Source: Nitrospirota bacterium
Lineage (GTDB): Bacteria; Nitrospirota; UBA9217
Reading direction: 5' to 3'
Length of the DNA: 64,000 bases
Assembly: GCA_963796285.1 (NCBI GenBank)
Contig: CAWCKW010000010.1
Location: forward strand, 15,717 to 79,716
Part shown: positions 10,714 through 20,914 of the stretch, piece by piece
Layout: each line of letters begins with the position of its first letter
How positions within the stretch are numbered: the stretch's first letter is position 1
The notes under the pieces: model-generated
Seen by the model: only the letters and a program-made list of their open reading frames with translations
Databases searched by the model: none
What the model was told of the DNA's origin: nothing
Made by a program: the position numbers and the translations under genes

Positions 10714-11892
10714 ATGAAAAAGGTTTTAGCAGCGCTTGCAGTAGTTGCGGTCAGCAGTTTCAGCTCAATGGTTTTTGCGGCAGAAGGTGAAGCGCCGGTC
10801 GTGAAGGGTAATATAGAGCTCTACGGCGCAGCAAAGCTCTCGGTCGATGTTATCGAGACTGATGCCAGGACAACGGGGGCGGACAAGAGTCTTACGAAGG
10901 CGTCATCGAACTCCTCGCGCGTTGGTTTCAAGGGCACGGAAGCCTTTAGCGACGATCTGAGCGCCGTCATGCAGTTGGAGCTGGGTATCAATTACGACAG
11001 CACACAGACATCGGTCGTTTCATCCGTCTCGTCGGCCACGACCAACACCTCAAGCGGTGCAACGACAGTGAACACAAAATCAACGAACATCGACAAGATC
11101 ACCTATCGCAATTCATACGCTGGCTTGAGCAGCAAAACATTTGGGGCCCTTATTATCGGCATCCACGACACACCGTACAAGGTGTCCACCGCTTCTTTGG
11201 ATCCTTTCGCCGACACCATGGCCGACTACAACGCAATCATCGGCACGGTGAATGGCACCTCGGATTTCGATCTGCGCGCGAAGGATACGATCATGTACAC
11301 ATCTCCCAAGTGGGTCGGCATCCAGATCATGGCCGCCACGAGCACGACCGGTCAGGAGTCTGATACCAGCACGAGCGGAAATAAGCAGGAATATTCCTTT
11401 TCAGCATCCTACAGCGGCGGGCCGGCGTATGTAGCTCTCGCACATGAGATTCATAAGAATGGTTATGGAAGTTTGGACATACTGGGCAACAAGATTGACG
11501 GAACAAAACTGGGCGCGGGTTTTACTCTTGAAGGCACAAAGATCGGGCTGGTGTATGAGGCCCTGAAGGACGGCGTTTCGGACTCCAAAAACACGCGGAA
11601 CGCGCTGTACGCCGCAGTAAGCCAGAAACTCGGCGATGAAACCATCAAGATCGCCTTCGGAAAAGCCGAGGATGGAAAAGGCCCGAATACGAAGACTGGG
11701 GCGACCTTGATGACCGTAGGTGTCGACCACTCCTTCTCCAAACGCACGACCGCCTACGTCCTGTATGCCAAGACAAAGAATGATGCGGATGCCACCTATG
11801 GCCTTGGCCAGAGCGGCGCAGGCGGCGCTTATGTTCCCAAGGCCGGTGAGAGCCCATCCGTCATTGCCTTTGGTTTGAATCACAGCTTCTAA
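10714..11892 (+). CDS. Gram-negative outer membrane porin
   Basis: Signal peptide MKKVLAALAV, IELYG, SRVGFKGTE, RNSYAGL, C-terminal FGLNHSF ending in Phe. RBS ggaggg. Confidence 0.88.
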   Translation: MKKVLAALAVVAVSSFSSMVFAAEGEAPVVKGNIELYGAAKLSVDVIETDARTTGADKSLTKASSNSSRVGFKGTEAFSDDLSAVMQLELGINYDSTQTSVVSSVSSATTNTSSGATTVNTKSTNIDKITYRNSYAGLSSKTFGALIIGIHDTPYKVSTASLDPFADTMADYNAIIGTVNGTSDFDLRAKDTIMYTSPKWVGIQIMAATSTTGQESDTSTSGNKQEYSFSASYSGGPAYVALAHEIHKNGYGSLDILGNKIDGTKLGAGFTLEGTKIGLVYEALKDGVSDSKNTRNALYAAVSQKLGDETIKIAFGKAEDGKGPNTKTGATLMTVGVDHSFSKRTTAYVLYAKTKNDADATYGLGQSGAGGAYVPKAGESPSVIAFGLNHSF

Positions 11893-11929
11893 CGCCATCA
11901 TATCAACACATCCGGCATCATCCTCCCTC

Positions 11930-11963
11930 GGGGCGGGCGTACTCGGCCCGCCCCACCCTTTTT
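11930..11963 (+). terminator. Rho-independent terminator after the porin
   Basis: ggggcgggc/gcccgcccc stem followed by a T tract. Confidence 0.6.
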
Positions 11964-12090
11964 GGACAACGAGAAGGACATTTACTGACGTAATTTGACC
12001 GGGGTGTCCGGATCGTCTCATCAAGTATATTGGGTAGTGATTTATCACAAGCTGTTCACAGAGGAAGCGGCAAAAAAAGATATGATCGAA

Positions 12091-12134
12091 TTTCACACAA
12101 ACTTAACCAGGCTGTAACAGGCATGTAATTAGAT
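12091..12134 (+). promoter_or_regulatory. Four-unit Pho-box-like array upstream of psiE
   Basis: tttcacacaaa cttaaccaggc tgtaacaggca tgtaattagat, TAGTAT at 12140. Confidence 0.75.
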
Positions 12135-12208
12135 CGTGGTAGTATCCGGCTGACAGGGTTCTTTGAAAACAGACAGCGTCCTAACAAGGTTATGAAGAGG
12201 CAACGCCC

Positions 12209-12634
12209 ATGAAATACTTCACCAAGATCGTCGACAGCATGATCAAATTCATGATCCCGATAGTGCTCCTTGCCCTTTTGATGGGTATTGCGCGGGTCAT
12301 TCTCGACCTTCGCGCAGTATTCGGAAGCCAGACACTGGCTGCCGCTTTCGACATGATCGTAACTAATATCCTTTCCATGTTCATCGTGATCGAACTGCTT
12401 AGGAGCCTCATAGAATACTTCACCGTGCATCGGCTCAAGATCACGTTTATCACCGACGCAGCGCTGGTCTTTGTCCTGCGCGAGATCATGGTCGGGCTTT
12501 ATCAGCACAAGCTTGAGGCTGGAATGATCATGTCGCTCGCGGCCCTCATCCTGGTGATCGGCGGCATCCGGACGCTTGCTGTGGTATTTTCACCGGAAAA
12601 ATGCACTGATACAAAAGAGGTCATCCATGCATAA
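12209..12634 (+). CDS. Phosphate-starvation-inducible PsiE family membrane protein
   Basis: Four TM segments with ILSMFIVIELLRSL and DAALVFVLREI motifs. Confidence 0.8.
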   Translation: MKYFTKIVDSMIKFMIPIVLLALLMGIARVILDLRAVFGSQTLAAAFDMIVTNILSMFIVIELLRSLIEYFTVHRLKITFITDAALVFVLREIMVGLYQHKLEAGMIMSLAALILVIGGIRTLAVVFSPEKCTDTKEVIHA

Positions 12635-12731
12635 TAACGCACAGAAGCAGCTTCCTGAAAAAATCGAGGAAATACTCATTTTCGCTGCTAGCATAGCAGG
12701 TCTTGTATTGATGGTTCTCTATTGGCGATAA
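12627..12731 (+). CDS. Putative 34-aa single-TM peptide
   Basis: MHNNAQKQLPEKIEEILIFAASIAGLVLMVLYWR, overlaps the psiE stop, agagg RBS. Below the ORF-track cutoff. Confidence 0.4.
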   Translation: MHNNAQKQLPEKIEEILIFAASIAGLVLMVLYWR

Positions 12732-12754
12732 CACGGGGAAACACGGCCATCGGG

Positions 12755-14017
12755 ATGCCAGAGCCAACGAGGAAATCGGCTTTTCCGGAAGACTTTCAGT
12801 GGGGCGTTGCTACTTCCGCGTTTCAGCTCGAAGGCTCTCCGAATGCTGATTGGTCGACCTGGGACCCCGTGTTAAGCGACATCCCTGAGATAACGAACCA
12901 CTATGCCGTTTTCAGGGAGGACCTCAAACTCCTTAAGGAATTGGGCGTAAATTCCTATCGCTTCTCCATCGAATGGAGCAGGATCCAACCGCGTCCGGAC
13001 ACCTGGGACGAAGAAGCCATCGCGCATTATCAGGAAATCATCGATATCCTGCGAAGCTACAACATCGAGCCCATGGTCACCCTCCATCATTTCACCCACC
13101 CCCGCTGGTTTCTGGAGCGGTATCCATGGCATCGAACTGCGTCCGTTGAAAAATTCCTGCGCTACACGGAGAAGATGGTCTCAACGCTCAGGAACGTACG
13201 ATACTGGATAACGTTCAACGAGCCCTATGTCATCCTGATCGGCGGATACCTTGACGGATGCATTCCGCCGGGTCTGCGAGACGTACCCCGAGCCCTCGTC
13301 GCCTTGAAAAACATATTCACCTCGCACGGCAAGGCCTACGACATCATCCATCGATATATCCCTGATGCGCAGGTCAGTATCGCGCATAATATGTCCGTGT
13401 TCGCTCCCTGGAAAAAATGGAACCCTTTCGACCGGCTCCTGAAGAAGTCGGCGAACCATTTCTACAATCACTCGATCATAAACGCATTCCGGACCGGTGT
13501 CTTCATCGTCAAATTCCCTTTTTCCCGCGCCGTGCAGATCGAAATCCCGATCAAGGACAAGCTCGACTTTTTCGGCGTGAACTACTATACGCGCATCCAT
13601 CTCCGGTTCAATCCGTTTAAAAAAATGGGTGTGGAGCTCAGACATCTGGACATCGACGGACATGGCCTTACGAATATCGGGTGGGAAGTGCATCCACGCG
13701 GCCTTGCAAAAGTGCTCCGGTATGCGTCAAGGCTCAACCTGCCGATCTTCATTACCGAAAATGGTATCGCAACCCATGATGCCGAAATGAAGGTAATGTA
13801 CATGAAGCAGCACGTGGATGTTGTAGAGCGATGTCTGAAGGACGGCCTCGATGTCCGCGGCTATTTTTACTGGACCCTCATCGACAATTACGAATGGCTC
13901 CAGGGCTTCGATGCTCGGTTCGGTCTCTATCGCGTCGATTTCAAAACACTCAAGCGTTACCCAACGAGCGCCGCAACCTATTATGCCTACCTGATCCAGA
14001 GCCGGTCAAAGATTTAA
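12755..14017 (+). CDS. Glycoside hydrolase family 1 (beta-glucosidase-like)
   Basis: WGVATSAFQLEG, YRFSIEWSRI, catalytic TFNEP and ITENG, DNYEW. Confidence 0.93.
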   Translation: MPEPTRKSAFPEDFQWGVATSAFQLEGSPNADWSTWDPVLSDIPEITNHYAVFREDLKLLKELGVNSYRFSIEWSRIQPRPDTWDEEAIAHYQEIIDILRSYNIEPMVTLHHFTHPRWFLERYPWHRTASVEKFLRYTEKMVSTLRNVRYWITFNEPYVILIGGYLDGCIPPGLRDVPRALVALKNIFTSHGKAYDIIHRYIPDAQVSIAHNMSVFAPWKKWNPFDRLLKKSANHFYNHSIINAFRTGVFIVKFPFSRAVQIEIPIKDKLDFFGVNYYTRIHLRFNPFKKMGVELRHLDIDGHGLTNIGWEVHPRGLAKVLRYASRLNLPIFITENGIATHDAEMKVMYMKQHVDVVERCLKDGLDVRGYFYWTLIDNYEWLQGFDARFGLYRVDFKTLKRYPTSAATYYAYLIQSRSKI

Positions 14018-14056
14018 CGAGAATGTAAAATACTCGTCATCCTCCGGTAACACGAC
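14013..14056 (+). promoter_or_regulatory. Four-unit Pho-box-like array
   Basis: tttaacgagaa tgtaaaatact cgtcatcctcc ggtaacacgac, TATGAT at 14062. Confidence 0.7.
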
Positions 14057-14174
14057 TCGTATATGATCAGCTCAGAGAGTACGTTAAAAGGCGGGAAACG
14101 AAATGCATCCACGATCGGGACATCAACCCTCATAAAGGCAGGTCGTTGATCCCCGGATTTGAAAGGAGATACGT

Positions 14175-14384
14175 ATGAATTTAATCAATCTGACATCTCA
14201 GAACAATGCAGTATGCGCAGACGCTCATATGGCAACGTGCCCCTATGAAAAAGGGAACAGCAATAATTGTGCTGCCTCAATTATGACAGTAGCAACCAGC
14301 AGTTATCAAAAGACGAACTATTGCTGGACGGACAATTACGATAGTTGCCCATTGTTCCTGTCGAAGGTTCTCCGAAATAGATGA
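14175..14384 (+). CDS. Small Cys-rich hypothetical protein
   Basis: aaggag RBS, CPY...C...YC...CPLF pattern. Confidence 0.6.
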   Translation: MNLINLTSQNNAVCADAHMATCPYEKGNSNNCAASIMTVATSSYQKTNYCWTDNYDSCPLFLSKVLRNR

Positions 14385-14496
14385 AGAGGATGAAGTGCCG
14401 AATGTCCTTTGCTGAACGCCTCAAGGATATGACATAGGGGATAACGAGAGTGGAAAGCTCCATAGTTCACCTGCAGAACAAGACAAGGAGGTCCAT

Positions 14497-14721
14497 ATGT
14501 CTGAACAGAATGTAAATCCTGCCGTGCTGCATCTCGATGAACAAGAAGCTACCCAGCTCGCTCGCGCAGTTCAGATACTCGTACAGGAGCTTGGGTTCGA
14601 TCCGGAAGAAGTGGATCGCTCCTATAAGGAAAGTCTGGCATTTTTTCTTAAAGATGATCATATCGATCAGAGATCCATGGGCGGTTCTTGCCTTACCGGG
14701 CAGGCAAGTATTACCGCATAA
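14497..14721 (+). CDS. Small helical protein, degenerate DUF3562-like paralogue
   Basis: aggagg RBS. RAVQILVQELGFDPEEVDRSYKE resembles the next ORF (RAIDSLVHELGISAEEVNKSYRE). Confidence 0.5.
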   Translation: MSEQNVNPAVLHLDEQEATQLARAVQILVQELGFDPEEVDRSYKESLAFFLKDDHIDQRSMGGSCLTGQASITA

Positions 14722-14810
14722 TACTCATTGCATGACAACGAATATCCCCCAGCCGAGCGTTGTCGAATGTGAAGAAGGAATTCGATTCAATAAAATAAGG
14801 AGAAATACTC

Positions 14811-15041
14811 ATGCAGAATCAAACAACGGCAGATTTGTCACGAAATATGTACGACAAGGACAACGAACCGCACGTCCGTGCTATTGACAGCCTCGTGCAC
14901 GAACTCGGGATATCAGCAGAAGAAGTCAACAAGTCGTACAGGGAGGTCCTGGCGGAACTGAATAAAGACATAAAAGTGAAAACCTTCCTTCCTATCCTTG
15001 TCAGCAGAGTCGTTAAACAACGTTTATTACAGCAACACTAG
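14811..15041 (+). CDS. DUF3562-like three-helix-bundle protein
   Basis: aggag RBS, C-terminal KVKTFLPILVSRVVKQRL signature. Confidence 0.65.
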   Translation: MQNQTTADLSRNMYDKDNEPHVRAIDSLVHELGISAEEVNKSYREVLAELNKDIKVKTFLPILVSRVVKQRLLQQH

Positions 15042-15160
15042 TGCGTCCTGTCCTGCGATATGGTCAACGGTTCCAATACTGCGGGATACGCGAAAACTTC
15101 GCTATAATAAAGGACGGAGATCTCAACCTGCCTCGGAAAAGGGCGTGGAGGTGATTGGGC

Positions 15161-15259
15161 ATGAATAAGTCTATCTTGAAAGCAATTGAATACAGCCTGA
15201 CTGCGGCAGGGCTGCTCATCGGGATACTTTTTATTGTCCTGATCATTCGCGGAGGTTGA
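15161..15259 (+). CDS. Putative 32-aa single-TM peptide
   Basis: ggaggtg RBS, MNKSILKAIEYSLTAAGLLIGILFIVLIIRGG. Confidence 0.45.
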   Translation: MNKSILKAIEYSLTAAGLLIGILFIVLIIRGG

Positions 15260-15748
15260 ATAAGTTGATTTCGAAGAAGTTCCCCTTGGTCATTGCTACC
15301 ATTGCATCTCAATCTTGGGTTTTTGCCACACCGGAAGAGGTACAATACGCGGGGCATCCTGTCATGATTTCAGATAAAATATAAAGGACTTGAATAGTCC
15401 TCAAACATCCGGCTAACTTCGCACAAGACCCTGTCTTCAATAACAAGTGCTCAATTCTACTCCTTGTCATGCCACAAAAACCCTGATACCGGCCTTCCTG
15501 ATACTAAATCTGCTCATTCATAATTACGTTTTTTTCTGCAAAATCATCGAACTCTTCTTGATAATTTTTCGATCTCGTGATAATCTTTTCATGCAGGGAC
15601 GAAGTTCCTGCAGGTTCGCATGGATTTCTCCCCGTGTTATTAACGGAAAAACGGGCGGACAACTCCACGATCATCGGGGTCATTCCTTGCGCTATCCCGG
15701 GGCAGGGGCCTGGCATGCGTCCTCAACCTGTATCGGAGTCATTCAGAC

Positions 15749-16867
15749 ATGAAAAAGCGCTTGATATTCACCCTCATCGGTCTGGTCATCCTCGTCGTCA
15801 TTCTCGTCGCCGTCAAGGCCCTGCAGATCGGCGCGATGATCGACCAGGGCAAGAAGTTCGTACCGCCGCCCGAAACCGTGACATCCACGCTCGTCAAGGC
15901 CGAATCATGGGAGACAGCCCTGACCGCGGTCGGCACGCTGAACGCCGTGCAGGGGGTCACCATAGCCGCCGAGCTGGCGGGCAAAGTGGCCGGGATCGCG
16001 TTCGAGGCGGGCACGCCGGTGAAGAAGGGGGACATCCTGCTGCGCCAGGACACCTCCTCGGAAGAGGCCCAGCTTCCCGGCGTCGTTGCCCAGGTGAAAC
16101 TGGCAAGCACCAATCTCGAGAGGATGAACCAGCTGTTTTCGAAGCAGCTGATCTCACAGGCCGACCGCGATAACGCCGTGGCAAGCGCGGATCAGGCGCA
16201 GTCCCAGGCCGAGAACATTCGGGCCACCATTGCCAAGAAGACGATCCGCGCCCCCTTCAGCGGCCAACTCGGCATCCGCCAGGTCAACCTTGGCCAGATG
16301 CTCCGCGAGGGGGACCCCATCGTCACCCTTCAGGCCCTTGACCCGATCTATGTCGACTTTACCCTTCCGCAGCAGCAACTCCCGCTGGTGCGTCTGGGTC
16401 TGACCGTGCACGTGACCACCGATGCCCTGCCGGGGGATGCGCTGCAGGGGCGGATCACCGCCATAAATCCTCTTGTGGACGCCGATACCCGCCAGATCAT
16501 GGTGCAGGCAACGGTGGCCAACCGCGGGGAGAAGCTGCGCCCCGGCATGTTCACCAACGTGGCGGTGGGGCTCCCCGCACGGCAGAAGGTGCTCGCCATT
16601 CCTGCTACGGCCGTCCTTTACGCCCCCTATGGGGACTCGGTCTTCATTGTCGAGGATGCTGCGGATAAAAAAGGAAAGGTGCTGCGCCAGCAGTTCGTGC
16701 GCCTGGGTGTCAAGCGGGGCGATTTTGTCGCCGTCACGAGCGGTATCAAGGAGGGAGAAACGGTGGTCAGCACCGGCGTCTTTAAACTGCGCAACGGCCA
16801 GTCGGCAGTGATAGACAACAAGCTGGCCCCCGACTTCCAGAAAGCGCCCAAGCCGGAGAACAACTGA
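15749..16867 (+). CDS. RND efflux periplasmic adaptor (MFP)
   Basis: N-terminal TM, IRAPFSGQLG, LRPGMF, IPATAV. Confidence 0.92.
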   Translation: MKKRLIFTLIGLVILVVILVAVKALQIGAMIDQGKKFVPPPETVTSTLVKAESWETALTAVGTLNAVQGVTIAAELAGKVAGIAFEAGTPVKKGDILLRQDTSSEEAQLPGVVAQVKLASTNLERMNQLFSKQLISQADRDNAVASADQAQSQAENIRATIAKKTIRAPFSGQLGIRQVNLGQMLREGDPIVTLQALDPIYVDFTLPQQQLPLVRLGLTVHVTTDALPGDALQGRITAINPLVDADTRQIMVQATVANRGEKLRPGMFTNVAVGLPARQKVLAIPATAVLYAPYGDSVFIVEDAADKKGKVLRQQFVRLGVKRGDFVAVTSGIKEGETVVSTGVFKLRNGQSAVIDNKLAPDFQKAPKPENN

Positions 16868-16892
16868 CCTTTGATGCAGGACAAAATCCATT

Positions 16893-16997
16893 TTCACCAC
16901 AGAGAGCACAGAGGGTAGCGAGAACGTCAAAAGAGTTTTTTTTGGTTAATCCTTACTCGCTTTCACACGGGTTTCCTCCGTGTCCACTGTGGTAAAA
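16893..16997. repeat. Intergenic palindromic element of ~9-bp units
   Basis: ttcaccacagagagcacagagg pairs with cctccgtgtccactgtggtaa. Same family as 1841-1997. Confidence 0.55.
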
Positions 16998-17007
16998 TCT
17001 GAATTTT

Positions 17008-20000
17008 ATGAAAATCACCGACCTCTTCATACGCCGCCCTGTTCTGGCCCTGGTGGTCAACCTGGTCATCATCATCGCCGGCCTGCAGGCGGTCCACACC
17101 CTCAACGTGCGCCAGTTCCCGCACAGCGAGAACGCCGCCGTCACCGTCACCACCATCTACGTCGGCGCTGATTCCGCCCTGGTGCGCGGCTTCGTCACGA
17201 CGCCGCTGGAGCGCGCCATCGCTGCCGCGGACGGCATCGACTACATGGAATCGCAGAGCAGCCTCGGCCTTTCCACAATCAGGGTGCGCCTCAAGATCAA
17301 CTACGACTCCACCAAGGCCCTGGCCGAGATCAGTTCCAAGGTCGACCAGGTGCGCCGCGACCTGCCTCCCGAGGCCGAAGTGCCGGTGATCAACATCGAG
17401 TCGGCCGACAGCCAGTTCGCCTCGGCCTATCTGAGCTTCACTTCCGACATCCTGAAGCAGAACGAGATCACCGACTACCTGGTGCGCGTCGTCCAGCCGC
17501 GACTGTCGGCCATCACCGGCGTGCAGCGGGCCGATATCCTCGGCGCCCGCACCTTTGCCATGCGGATCTGGCTCAAGCCCGAACGGATGGCCGCCCTCAA
17601 TATCAGCCCGGCCCAGGTGCGCCAGGCCCTGGCCGCGAACAACTTCCTGGCCGCCCTCGGCAGGAGCAAGGGGTCGCTCATCCAGGTCAACCTGACCGCC
17701 AATACCAACCTGCGCACCATGGACGAGTTCAAGAGCCTGGCGGTGAGAGAACAGAACGGCGCCATCGTGCGCCTGGGGGATATCGCCGACGTGGTCCTGG
17801 GCGCCGAGGACTACGACGCTGAGGTGCACTTCTCGGGGCAGACCGCCGTCTTCATGGGGATCTGGCCCCTCCCCAACGCCAACTCCATCGACGTCATCAG
17901 GCGCGTAACCACGGAGATGGCGGCGATCCAGAAAGACCTTCCGGGAGGTTTGCAGGCGCGCGTGGCCTATGACGCCACCAACTACATCAATAACGCGATC
18001 CGCGAGGTGCTCAAGACCCTCGGCGATACGCTGCTGATCGTTGTGATCGTCATCTTCCTCTTCCTCGGCTCCTTCCGTTCGGTGGTTGTTCCGGTGGTGG
18101 CGATCCCGGTGTCGCTCATCGGCGGCGTTTTCCTGATGCAGGCCTTCGGCTTCACCGTCAACCTGCTCACCCTGCTGGCGATCGTTCTCTCGGTCGGTCT
18201 CGTGGTGGACGACGCCATCGTGGTGGTGGAGAACGTGGCGCGCCACATGGGCCTCGGGAAGTCCGCCCGCGAAGCGGCCCTGATCGGCGCGCGCGAGCTG
18301 GTCGGGCCGATCATCGCCATGACCATCACCCTGGCGGCGGTCTACCTCCCCATCGGCCTGCAGGGAGGTCTCACCGGATCGCTCTTCCGCGAATTCGCCT
18401 TCACCCTTGCAGGGGCAGTCACCATCTCGGGGATCGTCGCCCTCACCCTCTCGCCGGTCATGTCGGCCATGTTGCTCAAGCCCGCCTCAGGGCACGGCCT
18501 GGCAGGCCGGATCACCCGCGACTTTGAGCGCCTCAAGGGTGTCTACGGTCGCCTGCTCGACGCCACCCTCCACGCCCGCCCGGCGGTCTATACGGTATGG
18601 ATCGTAGTGAGCCTGCTCACCATACCTATGTTCACCATGGCCGCCAAGGAGCTTGCGCCCATGGAGGACCAGGGGGTCATCTTCGGCATCCTCGATGCCT
18701 CGGCCAATTCCACCCTCGACCAGACCAGTCGTTACGCCGCGGCGGCCAACAAGGCCTTCATGAGCGTGCCCGAGACCGCGTTTACCTTTCAGGTCACCTT
18801 TCCCAACTCAGGTTTCCTCGGCATGGTGACCAAGCCTTGGGCCGAGCGCAAACGCACCGTGTCCCAGATTTTGCCCGAGGTGCAGAAGAAGCTCCAGGCG
18901 ATCCCCGGCATCCAGATGTTCCCGGTCGCCCCGCCCGCCCTTCCTGGCGGCGGCCAGTTCCCGGTCGAGTTCATCCTGGCCTCCACGGCCGAGACCGGGC
19001 AAATTCTCGAGTTTGCCCAAAAGCTGCAGCAGAAGGCGATGCAGAGCGGCATGTTCGCCTTCCCGCCGCTGATCGATGTCAAGATCGACCAGCCGCAGAC
19101 CGAGTTCGTCATCGATCGAGACAAGGTGGCCGCCCTCGGTCTCAGCCTGGGGCAGGTCGGCGCCGACCTGGGGGGCATGGTGGGCGGCGATTTCGTCAAC
19201 CGCTTCGACATAGCAGGGCGGAGCTATAAGGTCATTCCCCAGATCCAGCGAATTGATCGCCTCAATCCGGACCAGTTGAAGAATATTAATGTCACCGGTC
19301 CCAACGGCAAGCTGGTGCCGCTTTCCACCGTCGCAACCCTCAGGGAGTCCGTGGTCCCCCGTTCGCTCAACCGCTTCCAGCAGCTCAACGCGGTCAAGAT
19401 CAGCGGCGTGGCAATGCGGCCGCTGGACGAAGCCCTGCGTTTCCTGGAGGGCGAGGCGACGAAGATCCTCCCGAAGGGGTATGTCCTCGACTACACCGGC
19501 GAGTCGCGCCAGCTGCGCACCGAGGGGAACAAGTTCCTTCCCGCCTTCGGCCTTGCCATTGTCCTGATCTTCCTCGTGCTGGCTGCCCAGTTCAACAGCT
19601 TCCGCGACCCCTTCGTCATACTCGCCGGCTCGGTGCCGCTGGCGATCTTCGGCGCGCTCATTTTCATCTTCCTGAAGATTCCCGACCCGAACACGCCGTT
19701 CTGGACCCACGGCTGGACCACCACGCTCAACATTTACTCTCAGGTCGGCCTGGTGACACTGGTAGGTCTCGTTGCGAAAAACGGCATCCTGATCGTCGAG
19801 TTCGCCAACAAGCTCCAGCTGCAGGGCCATAGCAAGCTCGATGCGGTACGCGAAGCGGCCATGACCCGCCTGCGGCCCATCCTGATGACCACCGCCGCAA
19901 CCATCGCCGGTCACTTTCCGCTGACCCTCGTCTCCGGCGCCGGCGCCGCTGCCCGTAACTCCATTGGTCTTGTCCTGGTGGGGGGCTTGTCCGTCGGCAC

Positions 20001-20100
20001 AGTCTTCACCCTCTTCGTCGTCCCTTCCATCTATATGCTCATTGCCCGCGACCATAGCAAGGACCGCGAGCGCGAATCAGCCTTGCCGTCTGAGACCTGA
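17008..20100 (+). CDS. RND efflux permease (AcrB/MexW-like)
   Basis: FIRRPVLA, GLVVDDAIVVVEN, KNGILIVEFA, RLRPILMT, 1030 aa. Confidence 0.95.
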   Translation: MKITDLFIRRPVLALVVNLVIIIAGLQAVHTLNVRQFPHSENAAVTVTTIYVGADSALVRGFVTTPLERAIAAADGIDYMESQSSLGLSTIRVRLKINYDSTKALAEISSKVDQVRRDLPPEAEVPVINIESADSQFASAYLSFTSDILKQNEITDYLVRVVQPRLSAITGVQRADILGARTFAMRIWLKPERMAALNISPAQVRQALAANNFLAALGRSKGSLIQVNLTANTNLRTMDEFKSLAVREQNGAIVRLGDIADVVLGAEDYDAEVHFSGQTAVFMGIWPLPNANSIDVIRRVTTEMAAIQKDLPGGLQARVAYDATNYINNAIREVLKTLGDTLLIVVIVIFLFLGSFRSVVVPVVAIPVSLIGGVFLMQAFGFTVNLLTLLAIVLSVGLVVDDAIVVVENVARHMGLGKSAREAALIGARELVGPIIAMTITLAAVYLPIGLQGGLTGSLFREFAFTLAGAVTISGIVALTLSPVMSAMLLKPASGHGLAGRITRDFERLKGVYGRLLDATLHARPAVYTVWIVVSLLTIPMFTMAAKELAPMEDQGVIFGILDASANSTLDQTSRYAAAANKAFMSVPETAFTFQVTFPNSGFLGMVTKPWAERKRTVSQILPEVQKKLQAIPGIQMFPVAPPALPGGGQFPVEFILASTAETGQILEFAQKLQQKAMQSGMFAFPPLIDVKIDQPQTEFVIDRDKVAALGLSLGQVGADLGGMVGGDFVNRFDIAGRSYKVIPQIQRIDRLNPDQLKNINVTGPNGKLVPLSTVATLRESVVPRSLNRFQQLNAVKISGVAMRPLDEALRFLEGEATKILPKGYVLDYTGESRQLRTEGNKFLPAFGLAIVLIFLVLAAQFNSFRDPFVILAGSVPLAIFGALIFIFLKIPDPNTPFWTHGWTTTLNIYSQVGLVTLVGLVAKNGILIVEFANKLQLQGHSKLDAVREAAMTRLRPILMTTAATIAGHFPLTLVSGAGAAARNSIGLVLVGGLSVGTVFTLFVVPSIYMLIARDHSKDRERESALPSET

Positions 20101-20347
20101 CCGGACAAACTGAAACCGATTAAGCCAGCCTGCTCCGCGTCTCTCACAAACGGTACGACGTGATGTATACCTCTCTCCTCGAAATATCCGCTGATCACCA
20201 CACAAGACTCTCGATCCTCCACAGGGCCAGTCCTGGCAATGTTCAGGCGTTCTCATAATTGATGGGTAGTCAATCCGCAGGGCCTCGCAAAAGCCGCGAC
20301 GGGCGCTGCGCCTATTACGCATGCCTTGTCTGAGTGCGGTCAAAAGA

Positions 20348-20391
20348 ATTAATAGAAACTTCACCTCCTCTTAATACTCCTGCAATACCTC
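20348..20391 (+). promoter_or_regulatory. Four-unit Pho-box-like array upstream of repeated ORF copy 1
   Basis: attaatagaaa cttcacctcct cttaatactcc tgcaatacctc, TATCAT at 20397. Confidence 0.65.
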
Positions 20392-20500
20392 TCCTGTATC
20401 ATCGGTTCGATACTACCTGACAAACGCTCCAGCAAGATCGCGGGACGTCCCATGAGGAACAGCGGCGGAGTGCTGCTTACAATCAGCTAAGGAGGAAGAT

Positions 20501-20776
20501 ATGAATCAGATCATCATCAAGATAGAGAGCGGAGTTGTTGCCGACGTCTATTTCACGGAACCGGTCAACGTAACCATCGTTGATCACGACGTCATCGAAG
20601 GAGGAGAAACGTTTGAGGGTCGAATGAAAAAGGCGGTCTTGTCCATGACCCCCGATCAGCGCGTCAGGCCAGAGGAAATAGAACAGGTGGTCAAGAGGCT
20701 GGTGCTCGAATGCAGGCGGCCCGCGGACAGGCGACAGCCTGGGCGGATCATGATCAATGTTGAAGCAGCGGCATAA
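20501..20776 (+). CDS. Unknown 91-aa protein, copy 1 of 3
   Basis: aaggagga RBS. Nearly identical proteins at 36634 and 43225 with mostly synonymous differences. Confidence 0.85.
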   Translation: MNQIIIKIESGVVADVYFTEPVNVTIVDHDVIEGGETFEGRMKKAVLSMTPDQRVRPEEIEQVVKRLVLECRRPADRRQPGRIMINVEAAA

Positions 20777-20822
20777 GCGACCGCCTTTTCGTCCATTCCA
20801 AGTGGACAGGTTATGAAAATCA

Positions 20823-20866
20823 TTTAACCAAAATTTAACTTTTCGTTAATACGGGTGTAACGAGGA
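20823..20866 (+). promoter_or_regulatory. Four-unit Pho-box-like array upstream of the ptx operon
   Basis: tttaaccaaaa tttaacttttc gttaatacggg tgtaacgagga, TATGAT at 20872. Confidence 0.75.
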
Positions 20867-20914
20867 CATTGTATGATCTCATCATACTTTTTTGGGCTAA
20901 TAACGACAGTGAAA

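Noticed and set aside
15390-15600. Pho or Fur box upstream of the RND operon
   Set aside because: There are only weak partial matches (gataat repeats) and no four-unit 11-bp array with the fixed -10 spacing.
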